This document shows positions 1 to 10,944 of a stretch of 64,000 nucleotides of DNA, one piece after another. Both the position numbers and the translations under genes were made by a program. The notes below the pieces were generated by a model. The model had not been told where the DNA came from, searched no databases, and was given only the letters and a program-made list of their open reading frames with translations. This DNA comes from an uncultured Aminicenantes bacterium (GTDB lineage Bacteria > Acidobacteriota > Aminicenantia > UBA2199), in the NCBI GenBank assembly GCA_965195285.1, contig CBDAFS010000012.1, positions 76,056 to 140,055 of the forward strand, in the 5' to 3' direction. Position 1 is the stretch's first letter; each line of letters opens with the position of its first letter.

Positions 1-2117
1 GTTTCCAGGTATTTTTCCATGAATTTCACAAATACGGGACAGGCAGCCTGGGAGCCGGTTTCCTTATCACCCAGGGTTCTTTTGATATCGAATCCAACCC
101 AGACCCCGACAGTGATGGAGGGGGCGAAGCCGATAAACCAGGCATCGGTATAATCGTCGGTGGTCCCGGTTTTACCGCCGATGGGAGCTTTCAGCCATTT
201 GGCCCGCCAGCCGGTCCCGCTTTTAACCACCCCGCGCATTAGATAATTCATCAGGAACGCCGTATCCTGTTCAAGTGCCTGTTTGCGGTCCGGGAAATTT
301 TCTTCGATGAGGTTGTTGTTCTGATCCCGGATGGCTCTGATCAGGTAGGGATTGACCCGGATTCCCAGGTTGGGAAATACTGTATAGGCAGCCACCATTT
401 CATTTAAAGTGACCTCAAAAACCCCAAGGGAAATGGCCATATAGGGTTTGATATCCGAGGTGATCCCGAATTTCCTGGCATATTCGACGATTTTTTCCGG
501 ACCCAGTTGCTCTACAATCCGGGCGGTACAGGCATTTCTGGATAATTCGAATGCTCTCCTCAGGGTCAGGGGGCCCTTGAAACTCTTGTCTTCATTCTGG
601 GGTTCCCATAACTCGTTCTGCCACTCGTCAAAGTAGGCAAAGGGTTCATCTTCGATGATGGTTGCCGGGGTGTAGCCGTTTTCCAGGGCAGCCGTATATA
701 CGATCGGTTTGAAGGTGGAACCGGTTTGACGAAGGGCCTGCGTGGCATTGTTCCACTTACTTTTTTCAAAGGAGTAGCCACCCACCATAGCCTTTATTTC
801 TCCGGTCTTATTTTCCACCACCAGTATGGCGCCCTGTACTTCGGGCTCCTGTTCCAGGCCCAGATTCAGGGTTTTGGTTTTCTCATCGATATCCAGTATC
901 TTGAAGAGTGTCACGTCCCCCTTTTTTAAAATCCGGTTCAGGGATTTCCGGGTCCAGGCCGCATCGGCAGCCTTCAGCTGCCCTTGACGGGTGTCCACTC
1001 GAATGATTGCCTGGCGGCTGTTGACACTGAGCACAATACCGCTGACGATATGGTCTTTTTCGAATTTCAGGTTTTTCCAGTCCGGGAGGACGTGCTCATT
1101 GATATCGAGTTGATTTTGCAGCAGATTGAATAGTTTATGATCCGTACGCCATCCCCTTCGTTTGCTCAAATTCCTCAGACCTTCCCTCAACGATGCCTCG
1201 GCCAATTTTTGCATCTCGGAATTCAGGGTGCTGTAAACTTTTAATCCTCCCTGGTAGAGGAGGATCTCACCGAACTTGGTTTCGATATATTTTCGGGTTT
1301 CCTCAAGGAAGTAATCGCCGATGGATTCTTTGACGGTTTCATGGGGCTCGCCGGGAAGTTCCTCCTTGATAGCCAGGTCATATTGGTTGCGGTCAATATA
1401 GTTGAGAAAAAGCATTCGCTGCAGTATCTGGTTTCTTTTTACCCGGCAGTTTTCAGGATTGGTAAACACATTGAAGAGCCGGTTGGGATTAGGATTGATG
1501 GCTGCCAGTAGAGTGGCTTCGGAAACGGTGATATCCTTGATGTGTTTTCCGAAGTAATACTGGGAGGCCGCTTCGACCCCGTAAACACTGGCCCCGAGAA
1601 AGATTTTATTCAGGTAGAAACTCAGAATTTGATCCTTGGAATATTTTCTCTCGATCTGAATGGCCAGCAGCATTTCGTTGAATTTCCGGGAAACGGATAC
1701 TTCACGGGTCAGGAATAGATCCCTGGCTAACTGCTGGGTGATCGAACTGCCTCCGCCCTTTCTTTTTCCGAAAATGATTCCGGTTATGGCCCGGAAAACA
1801 CCCTTGAAATTAATGCCCCAGTGGGAATAAAATTCCTTGTCTTCGGCGGCCACGAAGGCTTCCTTGACGATATCCGGTATTTCGGAACTTTTCAGCACTT
1901 TTCTTTTCTCAATTGCAAATTCCTTGATCAGCATGCCCTTGTCATTGTAAACAGTGGTCATGACCACCGGCTTAATATCTTCAAGGTTTTTGATCTGGTT
2001 GGGAAATCCCTTCTGGTAAACCAGAATGATTCCGACCAGGGAACCGATCAGCATGGTGAATACAATGCTGAGGAAAAACAGAATGATTTTCAGGTTTTTT
2101 AAAAGAAAATATTTCAT
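1..2117 (-). CDS. mrcA: Class A penicillin-binding protein (PBP1A), truncated by the left window edge
   Basis: Manual translation from ATG 2117 (MKYFLLKNLKIILFF...): N-terminal TM, transglycosylase motifs EDKEFYSHWG and GGSSITQQLA, transpeptidase motifs QTGSTFKP and GKTGT. Absent from the ORF track because the stop is outside the window. Confidence 0.9.
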   Translation of the reverse strand, partial: MKYFLLKNLKIILFFLSIVFTMLIGSLVGIILVYQKGFPNQIKNLEDIKPVVMTTVYNDKGMLIKEFAIEKRKVLKSSEIPDIVKEAFVAAEDKEFYSHWGINFKGVFRAITGIIFGKRKGGGSSITQQLARDLFLTREVSVSRKFNEMLLAIQIERKYSKDQILSFYLNKIFLGASVYGVEAASQYYFGKHIKDITVSEATLLAAINPNPNRLFNVFTNPENCRVKRNQILQRMLFLNYIDRNQYDLAIKEELPGEPHETVKESIGDYFLEETRKYIETKFGEILLYQGGLKVYSTLNSEMQKLAEASLREGLRNLSKRRGWRTDHKLFNLLQNQLDINEHVLPDWKNLKFEKDHIVSGIVLSVNSRQAIIRVDTRQGQLKAADAAWTRKSLNRILKKGDVTLFKILDIDEKTKTLNLGLEQEPEVQGAILVVENKTGEIKAMVGGYSFEKSKWNNATQALRQTGSTFKPIVYTAALENGYTPATIIEDEPFAYFDEWQNELWEPQNEDKSFKGPLTLRRAFELSRNACTARIVEQLGPEKIVEYARKFGITSDIKPYMAISLGVFEVTLNEMVAAYTVFPNLGIRVNPYLIRAIRDQNNNLIEENFPDRKQALEQDTAFLMNYLMRGVVKSGTGWRAKWLKAPIGGKTGTTDDYTDAWFIGFAPSITVGVWVGFDIKRTLGDKETGSQAACPVFVKFMEKYLE

Positions 2118-2206
2118 ATTCTATTTGATAGTATAACACAGCCGCAGGTTTTAGAAAAGTATCCCGGCCCGGGAAGGCCGTGAGGGCCTGAAAGACACCG
2201 GCTTTT

Positions 2207-3199
2207 TCAGGGGAGGGTGCGGAGGAAACTGCGCTTGGCGATTTCGGCCAGTAAAAATATGATCAGGGCGATCAGGATAAAATAGGGGTAGAGATCCCGG
2301 GCCCGGGAGTATTTTTTGGTAGAGACTTCGGATTTCTCCCAGCGATTGATTTCGGAGAATACCTGCTGCAGTGAATCCTTGTCTGTAGCCCGAAAATAGA
2401 GGCCGCCGGTGTCGTTAGCAATCTGCTGCAACAGGGCCTCATCGATCTCCACGTTTACCATGATGTACTGTCTGCGGCCGAACTGATCGGTAATGGGAAA
2501 CCGGGCTTCTCCTCTTTTACCCACCCCGATGGCATACACTTTGATGTTGAAATCCCTGGCAATTTTGGCTGCATCCCGCGGATCGATTTCCCCCCGGTTG
2601 TTGACTCCGTCGGTCAGCAGGATAATGATTTTGGTTTTGGTCTTGGCATGGCGTATCCGGTTGACCGAGGTGGCCAGGGCCATACCCAGGGCCGTACCGT
2701 CTTCCAGCTCTCCGATGGAGGTTTCCCTTAGTACATATCTAAGTAATTCGTAATCAATGGTCAGTGGACACTTGGTGTAGGAGGTGCCGGCAAAAATCAC
2801 CAGCCCGATCCGGTCGTTTTGTCGCTCATTGATAAAATTGGATATGACATCCTTGGCCACTTCCAGTCGGTTCTTGGGTTTGAAGTCTATCGAGGCCATG
2901 GAACCGGAAATGTCCAGGGTAATAAGGATATCAATCCCCTGCTTCTTTTCAATCTGATAATAATTCATCAGCTGGGGCCTGGCCAGAGCCAGGATGAATA
3001 AGACCAGGGCCAACAGTTTGAAGAAAAATAAATTTTTGGTCAGGCGCACTTTCAGGGACTGGCTGGAATCTGCCAGCAGTTTCTTGGAGGAAAAGAAAAC
3101 AAAGCGTTTTCCCCTTTTTTGCATGAGGAAATGCCAGTAGATCAGCACCGGGACCATGATCAGCCCGATTAAAACAAGTTTATTGTGCCATTGAAACAT
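2207..3199 (-). CDS. batA: BatA-like VWA domain membrane protein
   Basis: N-terminal TMs with ALARPQ, MIDAS motif DISGSM, LLTDG, C-terminal TM. Confidence 0.85.
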   Translation of the reverse strand: MFQWHNKLVLIGLIMVPVLIYWHFLMQKRGKRFVFFSSKKLLADSSQSLKVRLTKNLFFFKLLALVLFILALARPQLMNYYQIEKKQGIDILITLDISGSMASIDFKPKNRLEVAKDVISNFINERQNDRIGLVIFAGTSYTKCPLTIDYELLRYVLRETSIGELEDGTALGMALATSVNRIRHAKTKTKIIILLTDGVNNRGEIDPRDAAKIARDFNIKVYAIGVGKRGEARFPITDQFGRRQYIMVNVEIDEALLQQIANDTGGLYFRATDKDSLQQVFSEINRWEKSEVSTKKYSRARDLYPYFILIALIIFLLAEIAKRSFLRTLP

Positions 3200-4118
3200 C
3201 TTGGTCTTTATTTTCCTCGATTACGATGGCTTTTTGTATTGATATGATGGACTCGATCCCGGACTTTACTGCTTCAAGATCCGAGGAACCCGGCCGGAAT
3301 TTGGCAAATTTCACCAGATCCGCTGTGGCGAATATAAATTCAAGGTTCTGTTGGATGGTGGTATTTTCTTCATTACGCTCCACATACATCATGGTTTCGG
3401 CAGTGGTCAGATCCTCGGCATTGAATCCGTATTCCCGTTGGAGATAATTTTTGATTATTTCGGTTAAGGCGATGAAAAATTGTTTTGCCCGGCCTTTTTC
3501 AAGCCAATTCTTTTTGAATAGTTCACTGATGGATGATTCCAGTTCTTCCAGGGGAGAGAGAAGGAGTAGGGGCCTGGATTTTGTCTGTTGCTTTTTCTTG
3601 CGGATAAACAGGAAAATTAAAACCACCAGTAAACCCAGGGCCAGAAGTAAAAAGGCATACTTTAAGACATAAAACGGATTGCCCCGAATGGAAATCAAGT
3701 CCTTGATATCCTTGATGTCTTGATCTGATTTTTCCAATACGGATTTTATTTTGATATCCAGTGAATTGGTCGTTTTTTCCTCAACAATTTTGTGATCTCG
3801 GATCGTTTTTACCCGAAAGGGCCCGATGGTATGATTCCCGGTTGAAAAAAAAGAGACCACCTCATGGATTTCGAATACGGTGTGCTCCCTGGATTTCCGG
3901 CCGGGGAAATGATGCTTTGAAATCGATTCGAAGTTTTTCTCAAGAATATCCACTTGGATATTATTGATTTCCAGAGTGGTTTTTACGACAATTTTCAGGG
4001 TAATCCGGTCCCCGATGGTGGCGATATTTTCAGATGCGGACAGGGAAACCTGGAGTTCAGGATACAGCAATCCGGTGGCAAGCAGGAAAAAAAGCAGTAA
4101 AGGCAGTATGGTTCTCAT
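3180..4118 (-). CDS. Bat-cluster membrane protein (signal peptide, Ig-like domain, TM)
   Basis: Signal peptide, one internal TM, C-terminal ADLVKFAK motif typical of genes between DUF58 and batA; overlaps both neighbours. Confidence 0.7.
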   Translation of the reverse strand: MRTILPLLLFFLLATGLLYPELQVSLSASENIATIGDRITLKIVVKTTLEINNIQVDILEKNFESISKHHFPGRKSREHTVFEIHEVVSFFSTGNHTIGPFRVKTIRDHKIVEEKTTNSLDIKIKSVLEKSDQDIKDIKDLISIRGNPFYVLKYAFLLLALGLLVVLIFLFIRKKKQQTKSRPLLLLSPLEELESSISELFKKNWLEKGRAKQFFIALTEIIKNYLQREYGFNAEDLTTAETMMYVERNEENTTIQQNLEFIFATADLVKFAKFRPGSSDLEAVKSGIESIISIQKAIVIEENKDQDVSMAQ

Positions 4119-4996
4119 TTTTGATATTTTTTCTTTCTTCTCAGAAAGAAATTAAACAGGGGTTTTTCGTAATCTTTTTCCCGGTCAATATTGATGTGAT
4201 CCACATTGTATTTATTGAAAAGTTCGGTCAGGAAATCACGGTTTCCATTCAAAATGTCCTGGAATTTCTGCCTGGTTTTTTTTAAAGAAAAATCCGTAAA
4301 AAATTCCTGTCCACTTTCACAATCTTTTAAAATGAATAACCCTTTTTTAGGGGGGACCAATTCCCTCTGATCCGATATGTTAATCGCAATCAGATCATGT
4401 TTCTGGCTGGCAATTTTAAGGGATTTGGTAAAACCGCTGTCAATGAAATCGGATATCAGGAATATGATGGCCTTTTTTTTGATCACCTTGTTTAAATACA
4501 CCAGACCGTTATCAATGGATGTTCCCTTGCCTTCGGGTTTAAATGTCAGGATTTCCCGGATGATTCGCAGCAGATGGGTTTTTCCCTTTTTGGGAGGGAT
4601 GTAGCGTTCGATTTGATGGGTGAATATAAGTAAACCGACCTTATCGTTGTTGAGCATGGCCGTAAAGGAAATAATGGCCGAGATTTCCGCGGCAATTTCT
4701 TTTTTGCTCTTGGCTCCGGAAAAGAATCCAAGGGAGGCAGACAGGTCAATGGCCAGGATAACGGTTAATTCCCTTTCCTCAACGAATTGCTTGATATATA
4801 GCTTTCCCATTCTTGAGGACACATTCCAGTCAATAAAGCGGATATCATCCCCGAAGATGTATTCCCTGACCTCCGAAAACTCCATGCCCCGACCCTTGAA
4901 GGCCGAGTGGTATTCACCGGCTAGAGTCTCTTTGGAGGATTTTTTGGAGATGATTTCGATTCTCTTTATTTTTTTAAAAATTTCAGTTGATATCAT
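4115..4996 (-). CDS. DUF58 domain protein
   Basis: GEYHSAFKGRGMEFSEVREY...GDDIRFIDWNV signature. Confidence 0.9.
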   Translation of the reverse strand: MISTEIFKKIKRIEIISKKSSKETLAGEYHSAFKGRGMEFSEVREYIFGDDIRFIDWNVSSRMGKLYIKQFVEERELTVILAIDLSASLGFFSGAKSKKEIAAEISAIISFTAMLNNDKVGLLIFTHQIERYIPPKKGKTHLLRIIREILTFKPEGKGTSIDNGLVYLNKVIKKKAIIFLISDFIDSGFTKSLKIASQKHDLIAINISDQRELVPPKKGLFILKDCESGQEFFTDFSLKKTRQKFQDILNGNRDFLTELFNKYNVDHINIDREKDYEKPLFNFFLRRKKKYQK

Positions 4997-5026
4997 TACC
5001 GATTATTGGCCCCGGGCCGTTAGGCC

Positions 5027-5055
5027 ATTATATAAAAAATTTAAAAAAAATTCAA
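5027..5055 (-). promoter_or_regulatory. Sigma-70-type promoter for the DUF58-batA operon
   Basis: Minus strand TTGAAT-N17-TATAAT. Confidence 0.55.
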
Positions 5056-5141
5056 TCCGGTTATTACTGATTTAAATCCGATTGGATTGGTTTATTTTTC
5101 ATTTCGGTTGTGTTATAATACCGCTATATAAGGCAGTGGAG

Positions 5142-5852
5142 ATGGAAAATTCAATTGATTATATGGTCAAATGCTGGCGTTGTATGGCCGAATTTAATGC
5201 CATGGAAGCCACTTTCTGCAACCATCCCGGCCCCTCGAAAATTTGTCCCTTTTGCCTGGCCTGTTTATGCCAAGCCCCTGAGAAATATCAGCAAAAATTT
5301 TGGGAAAACAGCCCCCGGGAGTTGCTGAAAGAAAAACTGGTCATGGAGAACAAGGCCAGTATGAAACTGGGTGAGATTTTAATCAGGGCCGGGAAGATTA
5401 CCACGGTTCAATTGAAGGATGCCATCTATAAACAAAAAGTGATCCGCAAGCCTCTGGGAGAAATTATTATCATGATGGATTTACTCACACCGGATGAATT
5501 GGAATTGTACCTGATTGACCAGAAGCAGATGGACGATATCGAGCTGAAGGACCTTAAAATAAATGTCGGCCTGGTTGAACGGATCGGGATTGATTTCTGT
5601 TCACTTAACCGGGTCATACCCCTGGAGATCTTTACACTGGACAATGTGGAAGTCCTTCGCCTGGCGGTCACGCCGGGGGTGGATTTGAGCCAGTTGAAAA
5701 TGAATGAACGGATCAAGGAGTTTACTGTGATTTCCTATAGTGCCAGCCCCGAGGAAATCGACAGTGTCCTGCGCACCTTCAAAGGAGATGTGGATGATAA
5801 GGACATACTGGTACTGGATGATGAGTCGGACCGTAAAACGGATCCCGGCTAA
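5142..5852 (+). CDS. Cys-rich (Zn-finger-like) N-terminus plus MshEN/PilB-N-like domain protein
   Basis: CWRC...C...CPFCLACLC followed by two MshEN-like motifs (KLGEILIRAGKIT...Q; PLGEIIIMM..L...EL..YL..Q); no ATPase domain. ATG 5142 preferred over the TTG at 5082. Confidence 0.7.
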   Translation: MENSIDYMVKCWRCMAEFNAMEATFCNHPGPSKICPFCLACLCQAPEKYQQKFWENSPRELLKEKLVMENKASMKLGEILIRAGKITTVQLKDAIYKQKVIRKPLGEIIIMMDLLTPDELELYLIDQKQMDDIELKDLKINVGLVERIGIDFCSLNRVIPLEIFTLDNVEVLRLAVTPGVDLSQLKMNERIKEFTVISYSASPEEIDSVLRTFKGDVDDKDILVLDDESDRKTDPG

Positions 5853-8206
5853 TGAAAAACCCGATCCAGGAGCCGTTTCAGAATAAAACTCGCCGCTGAT
5901 TTGGGATTTCCCTCACTCCGGACCGGGGGGCCGATACAGGAGGGACAGCCGCGGCTGCAATTACAGTTTTCGATACTCTGTAAAACCAGATCCAGAAGTT
6001 CCTCTATTTTTTCATACAGGACCTCTGAAAACCCAATGCCATTGGGATAATTGTCATAAATATAAATATTGGGCTCGAATTGATAGATTGTTTTTTCAGC
6101 TTTTTGAAGGATCATTTTTTTGGCGGTATTGAGGTTGATTTTCGATTTACTGATGTTGTCTTCAACGGACACACCGACATCCCGGGGAGCACACATCAGG
6201 ATAACCGTACTGCTGTGCCTAAGCAGATGGGCAATCCCATAAACCGCTTCCACTTTTTCTTCCGGTGAAATATCAACAGACCGAATTAATTCTTCCTTGA
6301 TGGTGATCCAGAAAGCAGTGGTATGCATTTCCTGCTGGGGAAGTTGAAGATCGCCGGCACCGACGTTTTCATTGGTGAAATATTTTAATTTCTTGAATCC
6401 CACCACTTGAGAAAACACATGAACATCACCGTAGGAAAAATGATAGTTGGCCTGGCGGGTATCATCAAATAAATCCAGAATGGAAATTTTAGTATGGGTA
6501 ATGGCATCGGTATAATAGTCCGAGTCGGACTGGCGGACATAGGCTTTCCGGTTTTCGTAGTCAAATTCCTCCACAACATACTGTTCCCCTTCCAGGATAT
6601 AGATGGCTTTGGCATGAAGGGTTTCCAGTGCGGAGGAAAAATCCACTTCGGCAATGACCTTATGTTCACCGGTGCGGTCCACCACTACAAAGTTGTCCGA
6701 GGTGATGCGGTTGATGCTCACCGCATCCGCCGGGTACCCCTCTTCGGTCCAGAACCATTTGTCCTGTTTTTTAAATAGCACTTTGTTTTCAGCCAGGTAA
6801 TTCAGGATTTCTTCCAGGTTTTCCCGGCCGAAATATTCGGTTTCAACAAAGGGAAGTTCAAAAGAGGCGCATTTGATATGTTCGATCAGAATGGTCAGAT
6901 TATCCGGATTAATCCGGCCTATTTCCGGGGACCTGCCGGTAAAATATTCGGGGTGATTGACGATGAACTGGTTGACCGGGGAGGATGAGGAAATCAGGAT
7001 GCCAATGGATTTTGAAGAGCGCCTGCCGGCTCTTCCCATGCGCTGCCAGGTTGAGGATATGGTGCCCGGATAGGCAGCCAGTATAGCCACATCCAGGGAA
7101 CCGATATCGATTCCCAGTTCCAGGGCATTGGTGGATACCACGGCCCGGATCTTACCTTCCCGCAGTCCTTTTTCTATTTCTCGTCGTTTATGGGGGAGAT
7201 AACCGCCCCGGTATCCCCGGATTTTGCCCCGGTCGGTCAGTCCCTTTTCAAAATCGCTCTTCAGGTACTTGACCAGGATTTCGGTGATAAGGCGGGTATT
7301 GGCAAAAGTGATGACCTGAAGATCATTCTTCAAAATTATGCCGGCAATTAACCGGGTAATTGACACATAGGATTTACGGATACCCAGCTGTTTGTTGACT
7401 ACCGGGGGGTTGAAGAAGACGATGTATTTTTCACCATGGGGGGAACCGCTCTGATCAATCAGAACCACTTCCTGCTCGATCAATCCCTGAGCCAGTTCTC
7501 TGGGATTGGCAATGGTGGCCGAGGACATGATGAATACAGGATCGGAACCGTAGAACCGACATATCCGCCTCAGGCGGCGCATGATATTGCTCATATGGGA
7601 ACCGAAAACCCCGGTATATGAATGGAGTTCATCGATGATGACATATTCAAGGTTTTCGAACAGATTGATCCATTTGGTGTGGTGGGGCAGGATACCGGAA
7701 TGCAGCATATATGGATTGGTGAGGACGATCTGGGCATTTTTGCGGATTGATTTTCGCATGCTTTGGGGGGTATCACCATCATAAGTGTAAAGTGCCAGTC
7801 GGTCTCCGAGTAGCCGGTTTAACTCAAATAACTCCGATAATTGGTCCTGGGACAGGGCCTTGGTGGGAAATAAATATAGTGATTTAGAGCTGGGTTTGTT
7901 ATTCAGGGCATTCAGGGTAACGGCATTGTATATCAGGGTTTTTCCAGAGGCCGTGGGAGTAGCGACCACCACATGCTTTCGGTTCAGAATTTCATTGATG
8001 GCCTGGGTCTGATGGGAGAATAATTGTTTGATTCCTTTCTTTTTATAGACTTCCACTACCTCGGGATTCAGATTTTCCGGAAAATCGAAAAACTCACCCG
8101 GAAAGGCATCAATCTTGAAAATGCTGGCCTGGCTCAAGAGGTCATTCTTCAGCTTCAGGATATCCTTCAAGGCCCGTTCGATTTTAATATTTTTATCCTC
8201 ATCCAT
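5849..8206 (-). CDS. DEAD/DEAH-box helicase with C-terminal DUF1998 (MrfA/YprA-like)
   Basis: Walker A TASGKT, DELH, SAT, QRMGRAGR, C-terminal CNCSRGCPSC. Start placed at ATG 8206 (MDEDK) because the upstream extension covers the promoter. Confidence 0.88.
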   Translation of the reverse strand: MDEDKNIKIERALKDILKLKNDLLSQASIFKIDAFPGEFFDFPENLNPEVVEVYKKKGIKQLFSHQTQAINEILNRKHVVVATPTASGKTLIYNAVTLNALNNKPSSKSLYLFPTKALSQDQLSELFELNRLLGDRLALYTYDGDTPQSMRKSIRKNAQIVLTNPYMLHSGILPHHTKWINLFENLEYVIIDELHSYTGVFGSHMSNIMRRLRRICRFYGSDPVFIMSSATIANPRELAQGLIEQEVVLIDQSGSPHGEKYIVFFNPPVVNKQLGIRKSYVSITRLIAGIILKNDLQVITFANTRLITEILVKYLKSDFEKGLTDRGKIRGYRGGYLPHKRREIEKGLREGKIRAVVSTNALELGIDIGSLDVAILAAYPGTISSTWQRMGRAGRRSSKSIGILISSSSPVNQFIVNHPEYFTGRSPEIGRINPDNLTILIEHIKCASFELPFVETEYFGRENLEEILNYLAENKVLFKKQDKWFWTEEGYPADAVSINRITSDNFVVVDRTGEHKVIAEVDFSSALETLHAKAIYILEGEQYVVEEFDYENRKAYVRQSDSDYYTDAITHTKISILDLFDDTRQANYHFSYGDVHVFSQVVGFKKLKYFTNENVGAGDLQLPQQEMHTTAFWITIKEELIRSVDISPEEKVEAVYGIAHLLRHSSTVILMCAPRDVGVSVEDNISKSKINLNTAKKMILQKAEKTIYQFEPNIYIYDNYPNGIGFSEVLYEKIEELLDLVLQSIENCNCSRGCPSCIGPPVRSEGNPKSAASFILKRLLDRVFH

Positions 8207-8310
8207 GCTGCTAAGATAGCATAAAAAAAACCAATAGTAAAATACTGGCTTTAAAAAAACATGTGATGATATCTCGCTCATATATATATGACAAAGATGT
8301 TGTAATATAA

Positions 8311-8339
8311 TTGACATTTTCAACAATCTATATTACTAT
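8311..8339 (+). promoter_or_regulatory. Sigma-70-type promoter of clpB
   Basis: TTGACA-N17-TACTAT, followed by RBS AAGGAG. Confidence 0.7.
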
Positions 8340-8357
8340 TTATATGGATAAGGAGAA

Positions 8358-10928
8358 ATGATTATGAATCACCAAGCGTTCACACTGAAGTCGAACAGCG
8401 TCATTGAGGCCAGTGTCAGCCTGGCCCGTGAATATGGCCAGCAGGAAGTCCATCCCCTCCACCTGGCCCGTGCGATATTATCGGATTCTGAAAATATGGT
8501 TCCGGAAGTGATCAAAAAAATAGGCATAGATGTTTCGCAGATTGGCAACCGGCTGGAAGAAGAGATAATTAAAATCCCGGTAGTACAGGGTGCAGATCAG
8601 TATGTCGGTAAAAGTTTCAAGGATGTACTTCAGCATTCCGAGAAAATTTCCAAACAATTTAAGGATGATTATATATCAACCGAGCACCTTTTCATTGCCA
8701 TCCTGGAAAAAAAGGGAGAGGCTGCGGATGTATTAAAATCCGAAGGTATCACCGTTGAAAAATTTTATGAGGCTCTGATGCAGATCCGGGGAACCCAGAA
8801 AATCACCGATCAGAATCCCGAGGAAAAAATGCAGGCCCTGAAAAAGTATTCCCGCGACCTGGTTCAACTGGCCCGGGAGGGCAAATTGGACCCTGTGATC
8901 GGCAGGGACGAGGAAATACGCCGGGTCATGCAGGTGCTGGTAAGAAGGAAAAAAAACAACCCGGTATTAATCGGGGAAGCGGGTGTGGGAAAAACCGCTA
9001 TAGTGGAGGGGATCGCCCTGCGTATCGTTCAAAAAGATGTCCCGGAAGTACTGAAAGACAAGCGAATTGTGTCCCTGGAAATCGGAAGTCTGCTGGCAGG
9101 GGCAAAGTATAGGGGAGAGTTTGAGGATCGGTTAAAAGCGGTTATCAAGGAGGTCACGGAATCGGATGGTGAAATCATTCTTTTCATCGATGAACTTCAT
9201 ACTATTGTGGGTGCCGGAGCCGCCGAAGGGGCGGTGGATGCCTCCAATATGCTCAAGCCATCCCTGGCCAGGGGAGAATTGAGGGCCATCGGTGCTACGA
9301 CTTTGAATGAATACAAAAAATACATTGAAAAGGATCCGGCCCTTGAGAGGCGGTTCCAACCGGTTTTTGTAAAGGAACCCTCGGTTGAGGAAACCATTTC
9401 CATTTTAAGAGGGTTGAAAGAGAAGTATGAAATACACCACGGTATCAAGGTGACTGATGCGGCCCTGATCTCGGCAGCCACCCTGTCCAACCGCTATATC
9501 AGTGACCGTTTTCTGCCCGATAAAGCCATTGACCTGGTGGATGAAGCCTCTTCCAGGCTTCGAATCGAGATGGATTCCCTGCCCGAAGAACTGGATGAAC
9601 TGGAACGAAAGATCATGCAACTGGAAATTGAGAAACAGGCCCTGAAAAAAGAAAACAGTTCCGATGCCAAAGAAAAGTTAAAAATTCTGGTCAATGATCT
9701 GGAGGATCTGAAAGTAAAGAGCAGCCATATTAGGGAACACTGGAAACAGGAGAAGACATTGATCGGTCGCCTGCAGGATTTGAAGGCGGAGATTGACGAA
9801 CTGAAGAATCAGCAGCAGGATGCCGAGCGTAGGAACGACTATGAGCGTGCCTCCCAGATCCAATACGGGGATATTCCGGAGAGAAACAGCCAGATCGATA
9901 CCGTTCAAAAAGAGCTGAAGAAATTGCAGAAAGAAAAAAAAATATTGACCGAGGAGATTACCGAAGATGATATTGCCGAAGTGGTTTCCAAGTGGACCGG
10001 TATCCCGGTCAGCAAGATGTTGAAGGGGGAAAAGGATAAATTATTGCGAATGGAAGAGGTATTGAAAAACCGGGTGGTGGGACAGGATGAAGCTGTTGAG
10101 GCGGTATCGAGGGTAATCCGGCGTAGCAAGGCCGGGCTGAATGACCCGGGCCGTCCAATTGGCAGTTTTTTGTTTCTGGGGCCCACCGGGGTAGGCAAGA
10201 CCGAACTGGCCAAAACCCTGAGTGAATTCATCTTTAACAGTGAAAAGGCCATGATCAGACTGGATATGTCCGAATATATGGAAAAACATTCGGTGGCCAA
10301 GCTCATCGGCGCCCCGCCGGGTTATGTGGGATATGAGGAAGGGGGGCAGCTAACCGAGGCAGTCAAGCGCAGGCCTTATGCCTTGATTCTGCTGGATGAG
10401 ATCGAAAAAGCTCACCCCGATGTGTTTAATATTCTGCTCCAGATCCTGGAGGACGGACGACTGACCGATAGTAAGGGAAAAACCATTAATTTCGCCAATG
10501 CCATTGTGATCATGACTTCCAACCTGGGTTCTGAAATTATTCAGAACAAAACCGACTATGAAGCCATTAAAAAAGAGTTGGATGAACTGCTGTTTAAATA
10601 TTTCAAGCCGGAATTTCTCAACCGCATCGATGATATCATCACTTTCAGGCCACTGTCTCCGGAAATCATCAAAATAATTGCCCGGATCCAGATCGGATAC
10701 CTGGCGCGGCAGCTCCAGAATTTAAACATAAAAATAGAGGTGACCGATGCCGCCCTGGACATGATTGCCCGGAAGGGATTCAATTCTTCCCTGGGAGCCC
10801 GGCCCTTAAGGCGGGTCATTCAGCGGGAAATCCAGGATAAGCTCTCAATCCTGATACTGGAAGGCAAATTGAAATCCGGTTCCTCAATCAAAGTTGATTA
10901 TCAAAAGGACCAATTTACCTTTGAATAA
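8358..10928 (+). CDS. clpB: ATP-dependent chaperone ClpB
   Basis: Clp-N repeats, two AAA modules ([16 protein letters not shown]), coiled-coil middle domain, GARPLRR. Confidence 0.97.
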   Translation: MIMNHQAFTLKSNSVIEASVSLAREYGQQEVHPLHLARAILSDSENMVPEVIKKIGIDVSQIGNRLEEEIIKIPVVQGADQYVGKSFKDVLQHSEKISKQFKDDYISTEHLFIAILEKKGEAADVLKSEGITVEKFYEALMQIRGTQKITDQNPEEKMQALKKYSRDLVQLAREGKLDPVIGRDEEIRRVMQVLVRRKKNNPVLIGEAGVGKTAIVEGIALRIVQKDVPEVLKDKRIVSLEIGSLLAGAKYRGEFEDRLKAVIKEVTESDGEIILFIDELHTIVGAGAAEGAVDASNMLKPSLARGELRAIGATTLNEYKKYIEKDPALERRFQPVFVKEPSVEETISILRGLKEKYEIHHGIKVTDAALISAATLSNRYISDRFLPDKAIDLVDEASSRLRIEMDSLPEELDELERKIMQLEIEKQALKKENSSDAKEKLKILVNDLEDLKVKSSHIREHWKQEKTLIGRLQDLKAEIDELKNQQQDAERRNDYERASQIQYGDIPERNSQIDTVQKELKKLQKEKKILTEEITEDDIAEVVSKWTGIPVSKMLKGEKDKLLRMEEVLKNRVVGQDEAVEAVSRVIRRSKAGLNDPGRPIGSFLFLGPTGVGKTELAKTLSEFIFNSEKAMIRLDMSEYMEKHSVAKLIGAPPGYVGYEEGGQLTEAVKRRPYALILLDEIEKAHPDVFNILLQILEDGRLTDSKGKTINFANAIVIMTSNLGSEIIQNKTDYEAIKKELDELLFKYFKPEFLNRIDDIITFRPLSPEIIKIIARIQIGYLARQLQNLNIKIEVTDAALDMIARKGFNSSLGARPLRRVIQREIQDKLSILILEGKLKSGSSIKVDYQKDQFTFE

Positions 10929-10944
10929 AAAGGGAGTGAAGCTC

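Noticed and set aside
5849-8206. Defence-system helicase (DISARM DrmB or Druantia-like)
   Set aside because: DUF1998 is fused in MrfA/YprA style, and no methylase or other defence genes are adjacent.
8207-8326. 40-aa N-terminal extension of the helicase
   Set aside because: It runs through the divergent promoters and has non-protein-like composition.
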